Of a DNA stretch of 40,723 nt, positions 39,507-40,723 are shown in pieces (the stretch's first letter is position 1; each line of letters starts with the position of its first letter). The notes under the pieces were generated by a model. That model was given only the letters and a program-made list of their open reading frames with translations, did not search any database and had not been told where the DNA came from. Position numbers and translations under genes: made by a program. This stretch comes from Eubacteriales bacterium (GTDB taxonomy: Bacteria; Bacillota; Clostridia; Oscillospirales; CAG-382): the NCBI GenBank assembly GCA_045636665.1, contig JAZTXY010000138.1:1-40723 (forward strand), read 5' to 3'.

Positions 39507-39541
39507 ATGAAGTTATGCTCCTGCGGGTGTATAATATCACC

Positions 39542-39866
39542 GTGGTCGGCAAAAGAAGAAAGAAGGAAGAGAAGAAAAAAAGAAACAAAGAAAAGAACCA
39601 AAAGAAAATAAAGAAAAAAAGAAGAGAAGCAAGAAAGAAGAAAACGACAGAACACAGAGAGAAAAAAACAAAAACAAAGAAAAATAAAAAAAAGAAAGTT
39701 GTGTTGTTTGTCAACTGTGTTGTTGCCAAACAACACAACTAAAGAAAAAGAGGGACAGACAGAGAACAGAACAAGACAAGAACAGAAAAGACGCGTGACA
39801 GGCACGGGACAAACGGTATACAGACTTTTAAAACACCTGACACAACACAAACAACAATTACTTTTT
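39542..39866 (+). ncRNA. Candidate A-rich non-coding RNA (unclassified)
   Basis: Downstream of TATAAT; only 2 T in 39551-39698; 14-bp hairpin 39697-39740; no RBS-led ORF; boundaries are estimates. Confidence 0.4.
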
Positions 39867-40020
39867 AATAATCATTGATTATTATGCGGCTAAGACGTTT
39901 TTTCGGCTTTACGATGCCGCTTTCAATCAACCGCCGTTTTGCTTTTATGCGCGCAAGCAAAAACGGTTCGCAAAGCGGATAAAAAAAGAGCCTCCCTTTC
40001 GAGAAGCTCTTTGAGAAATT

Positions 40021-40723
40021 TTATTTCTTGATGTACTTGGGTCTGGGAATGTAGTGAGTGTGGAGAAGCTCGTGTGCCTTGTGGGAGTTCGGTTCGCCGA
40101 GGTATTCCTTGTAAAGGGTCTTAACTTCTTCGTTTTCGTGCGATTTACGCTTTGCCTTGCCTGCATCTTCGCCGTAAAGCGCCTTTGCACGTTCGGTCTT
40201 AAGGTCGATATAGGAAAGGGTGGTAGCATCAACAATAGGAGTACCGCCGCCGGTTACGCAGCCGCCGGGACAGCCCATAATTTCGATGAACTGATAATCC
40301 TTTTCGCCGCGCTTAACCATATCGAGAAGGTCTTTTGCATTGCCGGTGCCGTGAGCGACAGCAACGCGAACCTTTGTGCCGTTAAGGTCGATTTCAGCTT
40401 CCTTGATGCCGTCGGTGCCGCGAACACACGCGAATTCAACGTTTTCAAGAGTGTTGCCGGTTACTACCTCGTAAACGGTACGGAGAGCCGCTTCCATAAC
40501 GCCGCCGGTTGCGCCGAAGATAACGCCTGCGCCGGTGGATTCACCGAGAATAGAATCGAAATCTTCATCGGGGAGACGCTTGAAGTCGATACCTGCGTTC
40601 TTGATCATTCTTGCAAGCTCGCGAACGGTAAGAACAGCGTCAACGTCCTGAAGTCCGTCAACAGAAAGCTCTTCTCTGCCTGCTTCGAACTTTTTAGCGG
40701 TACAGGGCATTACCGATACAACG
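40021..40723 (-). CDS. [FeFe]-hydrogenase catalytic subunit, C-terminal part (5' end outside window)
   Basis: H-cluster motifs MPCTAKKFE and EIMGCPGGCVTGGG, FGATGGVMEAALRT, AHELLHTHY. Confidence 0.93.
   Translation of the reverse strand, partial: VVSVMPCTAKKFEAGREELSVDGLQDVDAVLTVRELARMIKNAGIDFKRLPDEDFDSILGESTGAGVIFGATGGVMEAALRTVYEVVTGNTLENVEFACVRGTDGIKEAEIDLNGTKVRVAVAHGTGNAKDLLDMVKRGEKDYQFIEIMGCPGGCVTGGGTPIVDATTLSYIDLKTERAKALYGEDAGKAKRKSHENEEVKTLYKEYLGEPNSHKAHELLHTHYIPRPKYIKK

Noticed and set aside
39412..39850. Lys/Arg-rich (+) and Phe-rich (-) ORFs over the A-rich tract
   Set aside because: They are by-products of low complexity (few T means few stops). There is no RBS, and the plus ORFs start inside the terminator or repeats, upstream of the putative TSS.

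Overview
Chromosomal core-genome window from a Clostridia (Bacillota) bacterium, probably an uncultured gut or rumen lineage (inferred from gene content, sigma-A promoters, T-box/SAM-I/L20 leaders and Bacillota LexA boxes). It holds housekeeping genes: frr-pyrH, a radical-SAM pair, uvrBA, dinB, a GT2, citrate synthase-aconitase-icd, dapAB, Xaa-Pro peptidase-efp-CD1247-like, rpsU, infC-rpmI-rplT, htrA with an orphan histidine kinase, tRNA-Met/tRNA-Glu, SAM-I-metK and a partial [FeFe]-hydrogenase. It also has several lipoproteins and at least three families of intergenic palindromic repeats. No CRISPR, transposase, integrase or phage gene is visible. The most interesting signals are: (1) an unexplained non-coding element at 39441-39866, made of six 11-bp direct repeats, a TATAAT box, a ~150-nt almost T-free A-rich tract and a 14-bp hairpin; (2) a Leu(CUC)-specifier T-box-type leader lacking a recognisable T-box antiterminator, upstream of a TIM-barrel/acyl-CoA synthetase fusion, which suggests isovalerate activation for leucine synthesis; (3) a very Cys/Asp-rich CD1247-like protein; (4) REP-like elements, one inverted pair of which flanks an AT-rich orphan gene. 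All family calls are from motif recognition, not database searches.
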